32,000 nucleotides of DNA from Vibrio vulnificus CMCP6 (lineage in GTDB: Bacteria > Pseudomonadota > Gammaproteobacteria > Enterobacterales > Vibrionaceae), in assembly GCF_000039765.1 (NCBI RefSeq), contig NC_004459.3, positions 2,601,127-2,633,126 on the forward strand. The letters run 5' to 3'. This document shows, piece by piece, positions 10,601 to 19,453 of this stretch (positions are counted from its first letter, which is position 1; every line of letters starts with the position of its first letter). The notes below the pieces were generated by a model that worked only from the letters and a program-made list of their open reading frames with translations, was not told where the DNA came from and did not search any database. The translations under genes and the position numbers were made by a program.

Positions 10601-11299
10601 CTAAGTTCGCAAATAGCCTTTGCCACGCATACTCGACAGCAAAAAATTCAACACGAGTGCCAAGGTGAGCAGCACAATACCAAGCGCAACACCTTGAGCA
10701 AAGGCGCCCTTGTGGCTCTCCATTGAAATCGCGGTGGGGATGTTTCGCGTCAAACCCATAATGTTCCCACCAACCATCATTGAACAACCCACTTCGGTCA
10801 CAATTCGAGAAAAACCGGTAATGGTGGCCGCCATAAGAGGAAAACGGGTTTCCCAAATCATCGTCCCACTTAATCTTGGCAGAGACACACCAAGGGTTAA
10901 TGCGGTTTCTAACGCGCGGCGATCGCTCGATTGCAACGCGCCATACATCATCGAAACCAACACAGGAAAACAAATCAGCATTTGCCCGAGGATCATCGCT
11001 TTTTGGGTGAACAGCATCTGCCAGTCACCGAGCGGACCTGATCGCGAGAGGAACATGTAAAGCAGCAAACCAATCACCACCGTGGGTACCGATTGCAACG
11101 TGTTCACAAATGAAACCAACAGCCACTTGCCGCGAAAATTGGTGTAGGCGAGGAGAAAAGACAAAAAAGTCGCAGGCAACAGCACCAACAATATGGCAGT
11201 AAGAGAAACGCTAAAGGAGACCGCAACGATCTCCCATAGTTCTTTGTCTAAGCTAAACAGTAAGGCAAAAGCCTCTTGTGTTGTTTGCCAAAGGCTCAT
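10601..11299 (-). CDS. tupB: Tungstate ABC transporter permease (TupB-like)
   Basis: 232 aa polytopic permease between the solute-binding and ATPase genes, with EAA-like loop ALETALTLGVSLPRLSGTMIWETRFP. Confidence 0.9.
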   Translation of the reverse strand: MSLWQTTQEAFALLFSLDKELWEIVAVSFSVSLTAILLVLLPATFLSFLLAYTNFRGKWLLVSFVNTLQSVPTVVIGLLLYMFLSRSGPLGDWQMLFTQKAMILGQMLICFPVLVSMMYGALQSSDRRALETALTLGVSLPRLSGTMIWETRFPLMAATITGFSRIVTEVGCSMMVGGNIMGLTRNIPTAISMESHKGAFAQGVALGIVLLTLALVLNFLLSSMRGKGYLRT

Positions 11300-11305
11300 T
11301 GATGA

Positions 11306-12124
11306 CTACTTCTGATCTGCATTTGCCACAAACAGTTGCTTGCCATTTAAGCGGAAGCTGTTGATCAGCTCTTGACCACGAGGATTGACCAACCAGTCAC
11401 TGAATGCTTTGGCGCCCTGATAATTGATGCTCGGGTAGCGCTCTGGATTGACCAAAATCACTTGGTACGGGTTGAAGAGTTTTTGATCACCTTCGAACAG
11501 TACCGCAAGATCCAACTTGTTGTTGTAAGCCAGCCAAGTGCCACGGTCTGTTAACGTGTAACCTTGCATTTCTGACGCCATGTTCAGCGTTGGCCCCATA
11601 CCTTGACCCACTGAGCGATAGCCGCCGAAGTTGGGTTCCATCTTGGTTTGAGCCCAAATACCCAGTTCTTTCTTGTGCGTACCCGAATCATCGCCACGTG
11701 AGATAAAGGTGACATTGTTGTCCGCGATGGCTTTAAACACCTCAAGTACGCTGTTGTCTTGAGCAACTTTCGCTGGATCTGCTTTTGGTCCCACGACGAT
11801 AAAGTCGTTGTACATTAGCTTGCGAGGTAACACTCCGTAGCCTTTTTCGACAAAGGTCGCTTCGGCTTTCGGAGCATGCGTCATCACCAAATCCACATCG
11901 CCATTTTCACCCATTTTCAGTGATTTACCTGTCCCTGCGGCCAGCACATCCACTTTATAACCGGTGTCTTTTTCGAATTCAGGCAGTAGGTAATCAAGCA
12001 GGCCAGAGTGATAAGTACTGGTCGTGGTTGCCAAACGCACACGGTGAACATCATCGGCAGAGAAAGAGGAGAAACTCACCAGCGTAATCGACGTTGCCGC
12101 CAAAGTAAGAGCTACTTTGTTCAT
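11306..12124 (-). CDS. tupA: Tungstate ABC transporter substrate-binding protein (TupA-like)
   Basis: Signal peptide; TTSTYHSGLLDYLLPEFEKDTGYKVDVLAAGTGKSLKMGENGDVDLVMTHAPKAE, characteristic of the TupA rather than the ModA family. Confidence 0.88.
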   Translation of the reverse strand: MNKVALTLAATSITLVSFSSFSADDVHRVRLATTTSTYHSGLLDYLLPEFEKDTGYKVDVLAAGTGKSLKMGENGDVDLVMTHAPKAEATFVEKGYGVLPRKLMYNDFIVVGPKADPAKVAQDNSVLEVFKAIADNNVTFISRGDDSGTHKKELGIWAQTKMEPNFGGYRSVGQGMGPTLNMASEMQGYTLTDRGTWLAYNNKLDLAVLFEGDQKLFNPYQVILVNPERYPSINYQGAKAFSDWLVNPRGQELINSFRLNGKQLFVANADQK

Positions 12125-12232
12125 TGTATTTTTATTCCTTCAAATCATTCTTGGGCAAATAGGCCGTTGCAGTTAAGCACACTGACACACAAACCGCGTC
12201 ACCACTCGGTCAAACCTCATCGGCTAGCGCTG

Positions 12233-12250
12233 TTGGATATCAGTTTGCAA
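12233..12250 (+). promoter_or_regulatory. Candidate sigma-54 (-24/-12) promoter reading toward the response regulator
   Basis: TTGGATATCAGTTTGCAA, with GG and GC separated by exactly 10 nt. Weaker match because it lacks the -22 CAC. Confidence 0.4.
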
Positions 12251-12265
12251 TTGCATATAGTCCTA

Positions 12266-12283
12266 TTGCAAACAAGATGCCAA
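12266..12283 (-). promoter_or_regulatory. Candidate sigma-54 (-24/-12) promoter for the tupABC-mobA-mobB::moeA operon
   Basis: Minus strand reads TTGGCATCTTGTTTGCAA, close to TTGGCAC-N5-TTGCA with correct 10-nt GG..GC spacing. Confidence 0.65.
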
Positions 12284-12351
12284 CAAAACACCAGCACTAA
12301 ATTGAGAAAATAAGCTTTATATCATGCAGTTAAACAGTCAATAGTTTGATG

Positions 12352-12368
12352 TGAGACAAAATGTCGCA
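12352..12368. promoter_or_regulatory. Candidate enhancer/upstream activating sequence, 17-bp near-palindrome
   Basis: TGAGACAAAATGTCGCA matches the motif at 25331-25347 at 15 of 17 positions; centre lies about 104 nt upstream of the predicted tupA transcription start. Confidence 0.6.
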
Positions 12369-12438
12369 CATTTTATAAGGAGATTTAATGATTCATTGGT
12401 ACACTATGTCCTATACGTCATTCTGTCTCGAGGAAAGT

Positions 12439-13893
12439 ATGTCTATTCAATTGGATCCCAACTCCGTATCTCAATACCAAGCGTTTTCCGTGTTAGTCGT
12501 CGATGATGAAGTCGGCATGCAGGCCATTTTGAAAAAAGCGCTGGGTAAATGGTTTTCAAAAGTGGATGCGGTAGGCAGTATCGAACAGGCTGAAAAGCTC
12601 AGAGTGACCAACCATTACGACCTAATTGTTCTCGACATCAATTTGCCCGGGCGTTCGGGCATCGAATGGGAAGAAGCCTTCAATGATCCCGAGCGAAAAG
12701 CCGATGTCATCTTTATGACCGGATATGCCGATCTCGAAACCGCCATTACAGCGCTGAAACTGGGCGCGACGGATTTTATTCTTAAGCCGTTTAATCTCGA
12801 TCAGATGCTGCAAGCGGTAAAACGCTGTATGGATCGTCGCCTTAATGCACGCATGCAATATGCGCTCAAACGAGATTATCAACGCAATCATATTTCTGAA
12901 ATGGTTGGGAACTCCGACAAAACCCGCCAGCTAAAGCACATGGTTACACAGTTTGCCCCGTCAAAAGCGTGTGTGCTGATTGAAGGGGAGTCTGGCACTG
13001 GTAAAGAACTGGTGGCTCGTGGTGTTCATCTGGCCAGCGGTAGAACCGGTCCTTTTGTGCCATTAAACTGTGGCGCGATTGCTCCTGAACTGTTGGAAAG
13101 TGAGCTGTTTGGTCATACTTCCGGCGCGTTTACGGGGGCGAAAAAAGCACGTGAAGGGCTTTTCCGCGTTGCCATCGGCGGCACATTATTCCTCGATGAG
13201 ATTGGTGAGATGCCACTGGCGATGCAATCGTCTTTGTTGCGAGTGCTAGAGCAACGCAGTATTCGCCCTGTTGGTAGTGAAAAAGAAATTCCAGTCGATG
13301 TACGCGTGGTCGCGGCAACCAATCGCGATTTACAGCAAGAAGTCGAAAAAGGGCGCTTTCGTAAAGATCTCTATTACCGACTCAACGTGCTGAAAATTGA
13401 AGTACCGCCGCTGCGAGAAAGAAAGGCCGATTTGCAAGAGTTGGTGCCATTCTTCACTAAACAGCTCTCAAGCGAGCTTGCTATGTCTGCCCCGCAATGG
13501 GCGCATGAAGACATCGAAGCCATGCATGATTACAGCTGGCCAGGTAACGTACGTGAGCTACGCAATCTGATTGAACGTTGTATTCTCCTTGGCAAACCAC
13601 CAGCGCATTACTGGCGTGAACTGAATGGATCTATGAACCTGCCAAACGTTTCAATCACCGTTTCTCACAGTGCTGAAGTGCCAACTTTTAAAGAAGGGAA
13701 GAAAGAATTCACCGGTGTTGGCTACCCCAATGATTGGACATTAAAAGAGGTGGAAAAGGCCCATATCCAACAAGTGGTGCACTATTACGATGGCAATAAA
13801 TCGGCGGCATCGCGTGATCTTGGCGTGGCACGCAAAACGTTGGAGCGCAAATACAAAGAGTGGGAAACCGAGGAAGCGGATTATGCAGAGTGA
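12439..13893 (+). CDS. Sigma-54-dependent transcriptional response regulator (NtrC family)
   Basis: Receiver domain [11 protein letters not shown]...[17 protein letters not shown]+ domain [18 protein letters not shown] sigma-54 contact loop, C-terminal Fis-type HTH ([23 protein letters not shown]). ATG at 12439 has the RBS AGGAAAG; the track start at 12388 is less likely. Confidence 0.95.
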   Translation: MSIQLDPNSVSQYQAFSVLVVDDEVGMQAILKKALGKWFSKVDAVGSIEQAEKLRVTNHYDLIVLDINLPGRSGIEWEEAFNDPERKADVIFMTGYADLETAITALKLGATDFILKPFNLDQMLQAVKRCMDRRLNARMQYALKRDYQRNHISEMVGNSDKTRQLKHMVTQFAPSKACVLIEGESGTGKELVARGVHLASGRTGPFVPLNCGAIAPELLESELFGHTSGAFTGAKKAREGLFRVAIGGTLFLDEIGEMPLAMQSSLLRVLEQRSIRPVGSEKEIPVDVRVVAATNRDLQQEVEKGRFRKDLYYRLNVLKIEVPPLRERKADLQELVPFFTKQLSSELAMSAPQWAHEDIEAMHDYSWPGNVRELRNLIERCILLGKPPAHYWRELNGSMNLPNVSITVSHSAEVPTFKEGKKEFTGVGYPNDWTLKEVEKAHIQQVVHYYDGNKSAASRDLGVARKTLERKYKEWETEEADYAE

Positions 13894-15916
13894 TCAAACA
13901 CTTTGGTCAACTTGGCGCTATCGCTTTAAAAGTATGGTGCGCTATCGGTTGCTGTTTCTAACCTCAGCGCCGATTTTCCTCACCTTGATTGCACTGATTG
14001 GCATCTCTGTCTATTGGTCGATCCATTACACTTGGAGCAGTGCACTGATTGATGTTTCTGAACGCCTTGGGGTTGCCAATAACAGCATTACGCTATTGCA
14101 ACAGAAGCAGGCTAATTACGTTAAAGCCTTTGCTGAAAGCTATCAGTTTCGCACTCGTATCAATCAGCCAATGGATCAAGACGATCTTCAGCAATGGGTA
14201 CATAAACAGAAAAAGCAATATCAGCTCGATTTTCTCGCTTTTCATCGTGTCGACACCATAGAGCAAAAATTTCGTTTTCTCGATTTAACCAAACGAGAAT
14301 CCTTTTTTGATGTGTTGAGCGAAACGGAGTTACAACGTCTTGATCCAGACTTGGCCAAGCGCGCCGAAGTGCCGATTTTAAAAACGGGCAAAATTGAAAC
14401 GCGTGGCCTCATCAGCCGCACTGTGATTCCAGTGTTTAACCAAAGTAATGATCTGATTGGTTTTCTAGATGGCGGGTTACTACTTAACAACAGCACCGTG
14501 CTCGTCGACCAAATCCGCGACTTGATTTACATCGGAGATGAGGATTCTCTCAGGCCGATCGGTACCGTGACGCTGTTTATGGAAGATCTCCGCGTCAGCA
14601 CCAATGTACCACTAGACAGCGAAGATCAGATTGGCCGTGCGATCGGTACTCGGGTTTCTGGTGAAGTGCATAAATCGGTATTGCAGCAAGGAGAGCGTTG
14701 GGTTAATCGCGCCTTTGTGTATGACGCTTGGTATATCACCGCCTATCAACCCATTCGCGACCAATACAACAACACCATCGGCATGCTCTACACCGGCTAT
14801 TTGATGTGGCCATTTGTTAAAGCGTATCTTACCAACATAGTGGAAATCAGCGTTATTACCTTAACCTTGCTGGTGGTCTCTGGGCTTTTGGTTTATAGAG
14901 GCTCGCGGGATCTTTTCCGTCCTATTGAACGCATTCATAAAGTGGTGAAATTGGTGCAACTGGGCAAAGACAAGCGGATTGGTGCGTTAGGGCTAGATGA
15001 AAACCACGAGCTGGCGCAATTGGCCAAACAGTTTGACAACATGCTCGATCTGCTCAAAACGCGTGAAGAGCAAATCAAACAAGCGGCCAATGAACTGGAG
15101 CAAAAAGTGTTGGATCGCACAGCCAGCCTCAATGAAAAAACCGAGCAGCTTGAGCACCACATTCGATTACTCAATCAAACTCGCGACAAACTGGTCGTCA
15201 ATGAAAAGCTGGCGGCCTTGGGCGAGTTAACCGCGGGTATCGCCCATGAGATTAACAACCCAACCGCCGTGATACTGGGTAACGTCGAGTTGATTCGTTT
15301 TGAGCTCGGTGAAGATGCCGCGCGCGTAGAGGAAGAGATAGAAACGGTGATGGCGCAGATCGACCGAATTCGTAACATCACGCGAAGTTTGCTGCAATAC
15401 AGCCGACAGGGCGGGGTGCAAGATGAGATCATTTGGCAGCATGTCAATCCTATCATCGAAGAGAGCATTACCTTGGTCAAAACTGGCTCTAAAAAACGCA
15501 CCATCGAATTCGTTACTGAGCTCAATGCGCATACGTCCGTTGAAGTGAATCGCCATCAACTGTTACAGATTTTGGTTAACTTACAAATGAACGCCATCCA
15601 TGCAATGAACGGTGAAGGGCGATTGAGCATCACCAGTGAAGATTGGTTGGAAGAAGGGGAAAGCGTGGGTGCGGTCATCCACATTGAAGATCAAGGTTGC
15701 GGCATTAAGCCCGAAAAACTGAGCCGAATATTTGACCCGTTTTACACCACCAAGCGTGATGGAACCGGCCTTGGTCTTTCTGTTAGCCAGAGTTTGCTTA
15801 GCCAATCAGGCGGGGAGATCAAAGTGCGTTCACAACTGGGGATTGGCAGCACGTTTAGCGTCTATCTCCCAAGAAAGAACGAAGCCAAACTGCGTGATAC
15901 CTTGCTGATTCAATAA
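13883..15916 (+). CDS. Membrane sensor histidine kinase with Cache-like periplasmic sensor, HAMP, HisKA and HATPase domains
   Basis: Two TM segments; ELTAGIAHEINNPTAVILGN H-box; VNLQMNAIHAM N-box; DQGCGIKPEKLSRIFDPFYTTKRDGTGLGLSVS. ATG at 13883 overlaps the regulator's stop codon region. Confidence 0.94.
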   Translation: MQSDQTLWSTWRYRFKSMVRYRLLFLTSAPIFLTLIALIGISVYWSIHYTWSSALIDVSERLGVANNSITLLQQKQANYVKAFAESYQFRTRINQPMDQDDLQQWVHKQKKQYQLDFLAFHRVDTIEQKFRFLDLTKRESFFDVLSETELQRLDPDLAKRAEVPILKTGKIETRGLISRTVIPVFNQSNDLIGFLDGGLLLNNSTVLVDQIRDLIYIGDEDSLRPIGTVTLFMEDLRVSTNVPLDSEDQIGRAIGTRVSGEVHKSVLQQGERWVNRAFVYDAWYITAYQPIRDQYNNTIGMLYTGYLMWPFVKAYLTNIVEISVITLTLLVVSGLLVYRGSRDLFRPIERIHKVVKLVQLGKDKRIGALGLDENHELAQLAKQFDNMLDLLKTREEQIKQAANELEQKVLDRTASLNEKTEQLEHHIRLLNQTRDKLVVNEKLAALGELTAGIAHEINNPTAVILGNVELIRFELGEDAARVEEEIETVMAQIDRIRNITRSLLQYSRQGGVQDEIIWQHVNPIIEESITLVKTGSKKRTIEFVTELNAHTSVEVNRHQLLQILVNLQMNAIHAMNGEGRLSITSEDWLEEGESVGAVIHIEDQGCGIKPEKLSRIFDPFYTTKRDGTGLGLSVSQSLLSQSGGEIKVRSQLGIGSTFSVYLPRKNEAKLRDTLLIQ

Positions 15917-15936
15917 TTGTGTGGATGAGCATAAAG

Positions 15937-15967
15937 AAAAAGCTCTGTCGTATCGACAGAGCTTTTT
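15937..15967. terminator. Bidirectional intrinsic terminator
   Basis: AAAAAGCTCTGTCG-TAT-CGACAGAGCTTTTT, perfect 14-bp stem between convergent genes. Confidence 0.88.
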
Positions 15968-16001
15968 GCTTGAGGGGTTTTTGATGCTTGTTGAACACAG
16001 C

Positions 16002-16883
16002 TTATTGACCGCTGAATGCAATTCTCGGTGGTTTGATGCCGTGTTTCTTAAACTCTTTCATTACACGCAAAGTAATGTCGGATTCAAACAGTTTTTCATA
16101 AGCAGTATCCACCACGTAGGCTTTGCAGGTTAACTGGATAGCCAAATAGTTGTCCGTGATCGTCTGTTTCACCAGTACCACCACCGGTTTCGGCAGGTGG
16201 ATGTAACGGCTAGACGAAGCCGCTTCCTGAATCAACTCACGCGCGAGCACAATATCTTCATCCATACCGACATAGAAGGGGATCACCACCTGCATGTCGA
16301 GTGCGCCATAGTTTCCACTGACCGTCACTTCATTGAGAAACTTGTTGTTCGGAATGGTAATGATGTCATCGGTCAGTGTTCTCATTCGCACAGAACGAAG
16401 GCCAATCGCGATGATGTCACCATAGTTGCCTTCGAACGTGACGCGGTCACCCACCTGAAACGGGCGATCAATCATCACCGTCAATCCGGCAATAAAAGAC
16501 GCGGCCAAGTCTTTCAACGCAAAACCAACCGACACCGCCAACGTACCACCAATTAAGGCTAAGATATGGTCGTTGATGCGAAAGCTCATCATAAACACCA
16601 CAAGGCCAGCGGTTAAGTAGATGAAGAACTGTAAGAACGATTGGGTTTTCTGCAACAGCATTCGATACTGCGCAAACTGGCCGCCAATGCTCTCTACCAT
16701 TGAATTCATGAACTTCAACAGTAGCCAAGTAATGGCGATGATGATGACAGAGAAGAACACACCGCTCCAGCGGATCAAGCTGGCAAATTGCTGAATGTTT
16801 TCCATATTGGCGATTTCTTCCGTCGCGAAGGCCGGTGCCGAGATCAAAGCCGCGGCGAATAGCGCGTAGAGTTTCTTATTCAT
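16002..16883 (-). CDS. MscS family small-conductance mechanosensitive ion channel
   Basis: Glycine/alanine-rich pore helix LIGGTLAVSVGFALKDLAASFIAGLTVMIDRPFQVGDRV and beta-domain PNNKFLNEVTVSG. Confidence 0.92.
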   Translation of the reverse strand: MNKKLYALFAAALISAPAFATEEIANMENIQQFASLIRWSGVFFSVIIIAITWLLLKFMNSMVESIGGQFAQYRMLLQKTQSFLQFFIYLTAGLVVFMMSFRINDHILALIGGTLAVSVGFALKDLAASFIAGLTVMIDRPFQVGDRVTFEGNYGDIIAIGLRSVRMRTLTDDIITIPNNKFLNEVTVSGNYGALDMQVVIPFYVGMDEDIVLARELIQEAASSSRYIHLPKPVVVLVKQTITDNYLAIQLTCKAYVVDTAYEKLFESDITLRVMKEFKKHGIKPPRIAFSGQ

Positions 16884-16884
16884 A

Positions 16885-19254
16885 TTACTTCACCAGCAAA
16901 TGTTGACGATCGAGAACGTTGGTAATGTAGCGGAACCAATGGTCCGAGACGCGAGCTTTATCCTCATTCCAAGCAATAAAGCCACGGCTTTCAAAGAAAC
17001 GAAGTGTACCAATCACTTCAGCGATGCTGAGCTGAGTACACTCGGAGAGCTCTTCGGGAGAGGCCACTTCAAGCTGTACAATTGAACGTAACACCGCCAG
17101 CATCGGTTTAGGCATCTGCTCCAACTCTTTGGATTCCGGCGCATGGAACAAGCGCACCACGACACTATCAGACTCTTTATTGCGTCTTAACGACAAGCGG
17201 AAGAATCGCAGCGCCACTGTTGGGTTACCATCGGAGTAGTGCCACAAAATTCGGTAGAAGCCTTGTTTGGCTCGTTCTTCCTCAGAAGTCTCTTCTTGAT
17301 CCCACTGCTTAGGCACCACAAGGCCATCAAAGCTCAGCGGATTTTCAATATCCTGATTTACGCGGCTATCGAGTAAGGCAGAGATCTGTTTTTCATTCCA
17401 ACGAGGCAAAAAGGAGACCCAATCAAACAGCAGTCGCTCGCCACGAGCGCGATCGACAAAACGCCAGCTTGCTTTCTCAATCGCCATCACAACGCGGTGA
17501 TTTTGTTTAGATCGGCGCAGCAGGTTCGTCAGCTTCATCAGTCCGGCTAAACCACCAACCATGGGCTTCACCAAACGTTGTGCGTTATCAACTGCGATGA
17601 GATACGGCGTTTCACTTTTACGCAAGAACGCTAAAATTTGCACTTCTGTCGACTCTTCTGCCAACCCTAATCCTGTCGCCAACTGTTTCAACAGCTCTGG
17701 GTAACCATCGTAAGGGCAGTTAAGGTAAAGCGGCGTGGCGTTTTTCACTTTGCCAAGTATTTTCTTCAATACCGATGTGGTACCCACACCACGCTCACCT
17801 GACAACACACAAATCGCGGGGCTATCGGTCAACAAATAGCGAGAGAGGTTTTGAATTTCGTCACTGGCGTAGTCAATCCACTCGCTGTCTTGCTGCGGAG
17901 GCAACACATATTGAAATGCCGCATCACCACGAATGCGCACCAGTGAGTCGTTGCCGTCTCGGTTGCTGGTTTGCTTAGCCACTTCGATACGGAAGAGGTA
18001 AGCCAGTGCCTGACTGAACATGGTGTAGTTTGAGAGAGTCGCAATAATGCGATGTTTAAAGTGATGGCTAATCAGCCATACCGCCGAGATTGCGGTTGCT
18101 GGAATATTGAGAATAAAGCTATCTTGGCGTTTGATTGCCCACTGTACCCAGACTGGACGCTCCGTGATGCGATCAACCACTTCAAACACTTTTTTACGCC
18201 ACAGACGCAAAACGGATACAGTGACCAGAACGAACCAGAAGTACAGTGCGCTGTAGATCCAATAGTAAATGGTCCCTTTACCAAGAGTACGAACGGAGAT
18301 TTGTAAAATCACGCCAGCAACAATCGCACTCCACACATAACGTCGAATCGTGGCAAGGCGAAGCGCCACCACGTCTTTACTGGAACTGCGGCTATTGCGA
18401 TAAGCAAATTCAAGAATAAAGCTAATGGCGATGGAACCGCCTAAGATCCACCAAGTGAAGATCTCTAGATACACCAGATGTTGCAAACTCGGCAACTCGG
18501 CCAAAATACGCAAAGAAAGCGTAATCGCCACTAACCAAGCAATAGCGCGGTTTGCGCGGCTGAAGTACCAAATCAAACGCACCCAAAGAGTCGGCGCGTT
18601 GTTGTTATCAAGCTGGCTTTCACGAAACAACGTGATGATGCGTTTGCTGTTCGCCATCCACCACACCAACAGCAAGTACACGGCAAACACTTTCAACCCG
18701 GTCCAAATAACAGGCACTGGGGAAATAAAGGTATTTTTAATCAGAGCGCGAAAGCTTCTTATCTGAAAATGGACCAAATACTCGAGATTCAACTTCGTCA
18801 GTATCAGCTCTTGGCGAAACTGCGTCACGCCATAAGGGCCAAACCCCGTCAACTGCTCTTTGGTCGCGCTATCTGTCAATTGCAACAGCTTGGCCTTGCT
18901 ACTGCCTAAGCTATTGAGGGTGAGGTATTGATTCTCTACCGTTTGCCAATGCTCAGCTGTCGGCGTTTGGCGATATTGCTCGAGCAAACGTTTGAAGGCG
19001 TCACCTTCAGACTTTTGCATGGCGATAACAGCGGTGAGCATTTGATTCACCTTCACCTGATCTTTGGCGCTCATAAAGAGCGGGTCAGGCAATCGGGCTA
19101 AATCAGACTCAACGCTGAGTGCTTGGGCGTTGATCTGAGGTGGTGTCTGTGCAGCATATTGCCATTGGGCAAAGGATGCAGGCGCAAACAGCAGGGTAAA
19201 ACAAACGAATAGACGTAATATTTTTGGCATAAGTTGATCGTAATCTTTAGACAT
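16885..19254 (-). CDS. Large membrane protein with signal peptide, several TM helices and cytoplasmic AAA-like/winged-helix region with degenerate nucleotide-binding motifs
   Basis: Signal peptide LLFAPASFA; TM segments across the first ~400 aa; Walker A-like LSGERGVGTTSV; Walker B-like PYLIAVDNAQRL; C-terminal helical/wHTH-like segment. Stop codon is 1 nt from the mscS-like start codon. Confidence 0.75.
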   Translation of the reverse strand: MSKDYDQLMPKILRLFVCFTLLFAPASFAQWQYAAQTPPQINAQALSVESDLARLPDPLFMSAKDQVKVNQMLTAVIAMQKSEGDAFKRLLEQYRQTPTAEHWQTVENQYLTLNSLGSSKAKLLQLTDSATKEQLTGFGPYGVTQFRQELILTKLNLEYLVHFQIRSFRALIKNTFISPVPVIWTGLKVFAVYLLLVWWMANSKRIITLFRESQLDNNNAPTLWVRLIWYFSRANRAIAWLVAITLSLRILAELPSLQHLVYLEIFTWWILGGSIAISFILEFAYRNSRSSSKDVVALRLATIRRYVWSAIVAGVILQISVRTLGKGTIYYWIYSALYFWFVLVTVSVLRLWRKKVFEVVDRITERPVWVQWAIKRQDSFILNIPATAISAVWLISHHFKHRIIATLSNYTMFSQALAYLFRIEVAKQTSNRDGNDSLVRIRGDAAFQYVLPPQQDSEWIDYASDEIQNLSRYLLTDSPAICVLSGERGVGTTSVLKKILGKVKNATPLYLNCPYDGYPELLKQLATGLGLAEESTEVQILAFLRKSETPYLIAVDNAQRLVKPMVGGLAGLMKLTNLLRRSKQNHRVVMAIEKASWRFVDRARGERLLFDWVSFLPRWNEKQISALLDSRVNQDIENPLSFDGLVVPKQWDQEETSEEERAKQGFYRILWHYSDGNPTVALRFFRLSLRRNKESDSVVVRLFHAPESKELEQMPKPMLAVLRSIVQLEVASPEELSECTQLSIAEVIGTLRFFESRGFIAWNEDKARVSDHWFRYITNVLDRQHLLVK

Positions 19255-19453
19255 AACGAAGAGATTGTAGTCTCAAAAACTGTTCATAATTCAGACAAAT
19301 AGAAATTTGCTGTGAAACTTTATCCATATTCACGTTTCAAATGTCAATGTTTTGTGATTTCAGTCATAAAAATCAAAGCTTGCACTCTGGGGCGTGAACA
19401 AGTAACGTTGCGCAGTTTTTTCTATTTGTTACTGACTCACTAAGGTAAAAGCT

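Noticed and set aside
12245-12256. LuxO-like binding site (TTGCA-N3-TGCAA)
   Set aside because: Sequence is TTGCAATTGCAT, one base short of the spacing and lacking the final A; the same bases are better explained as a -12 element.
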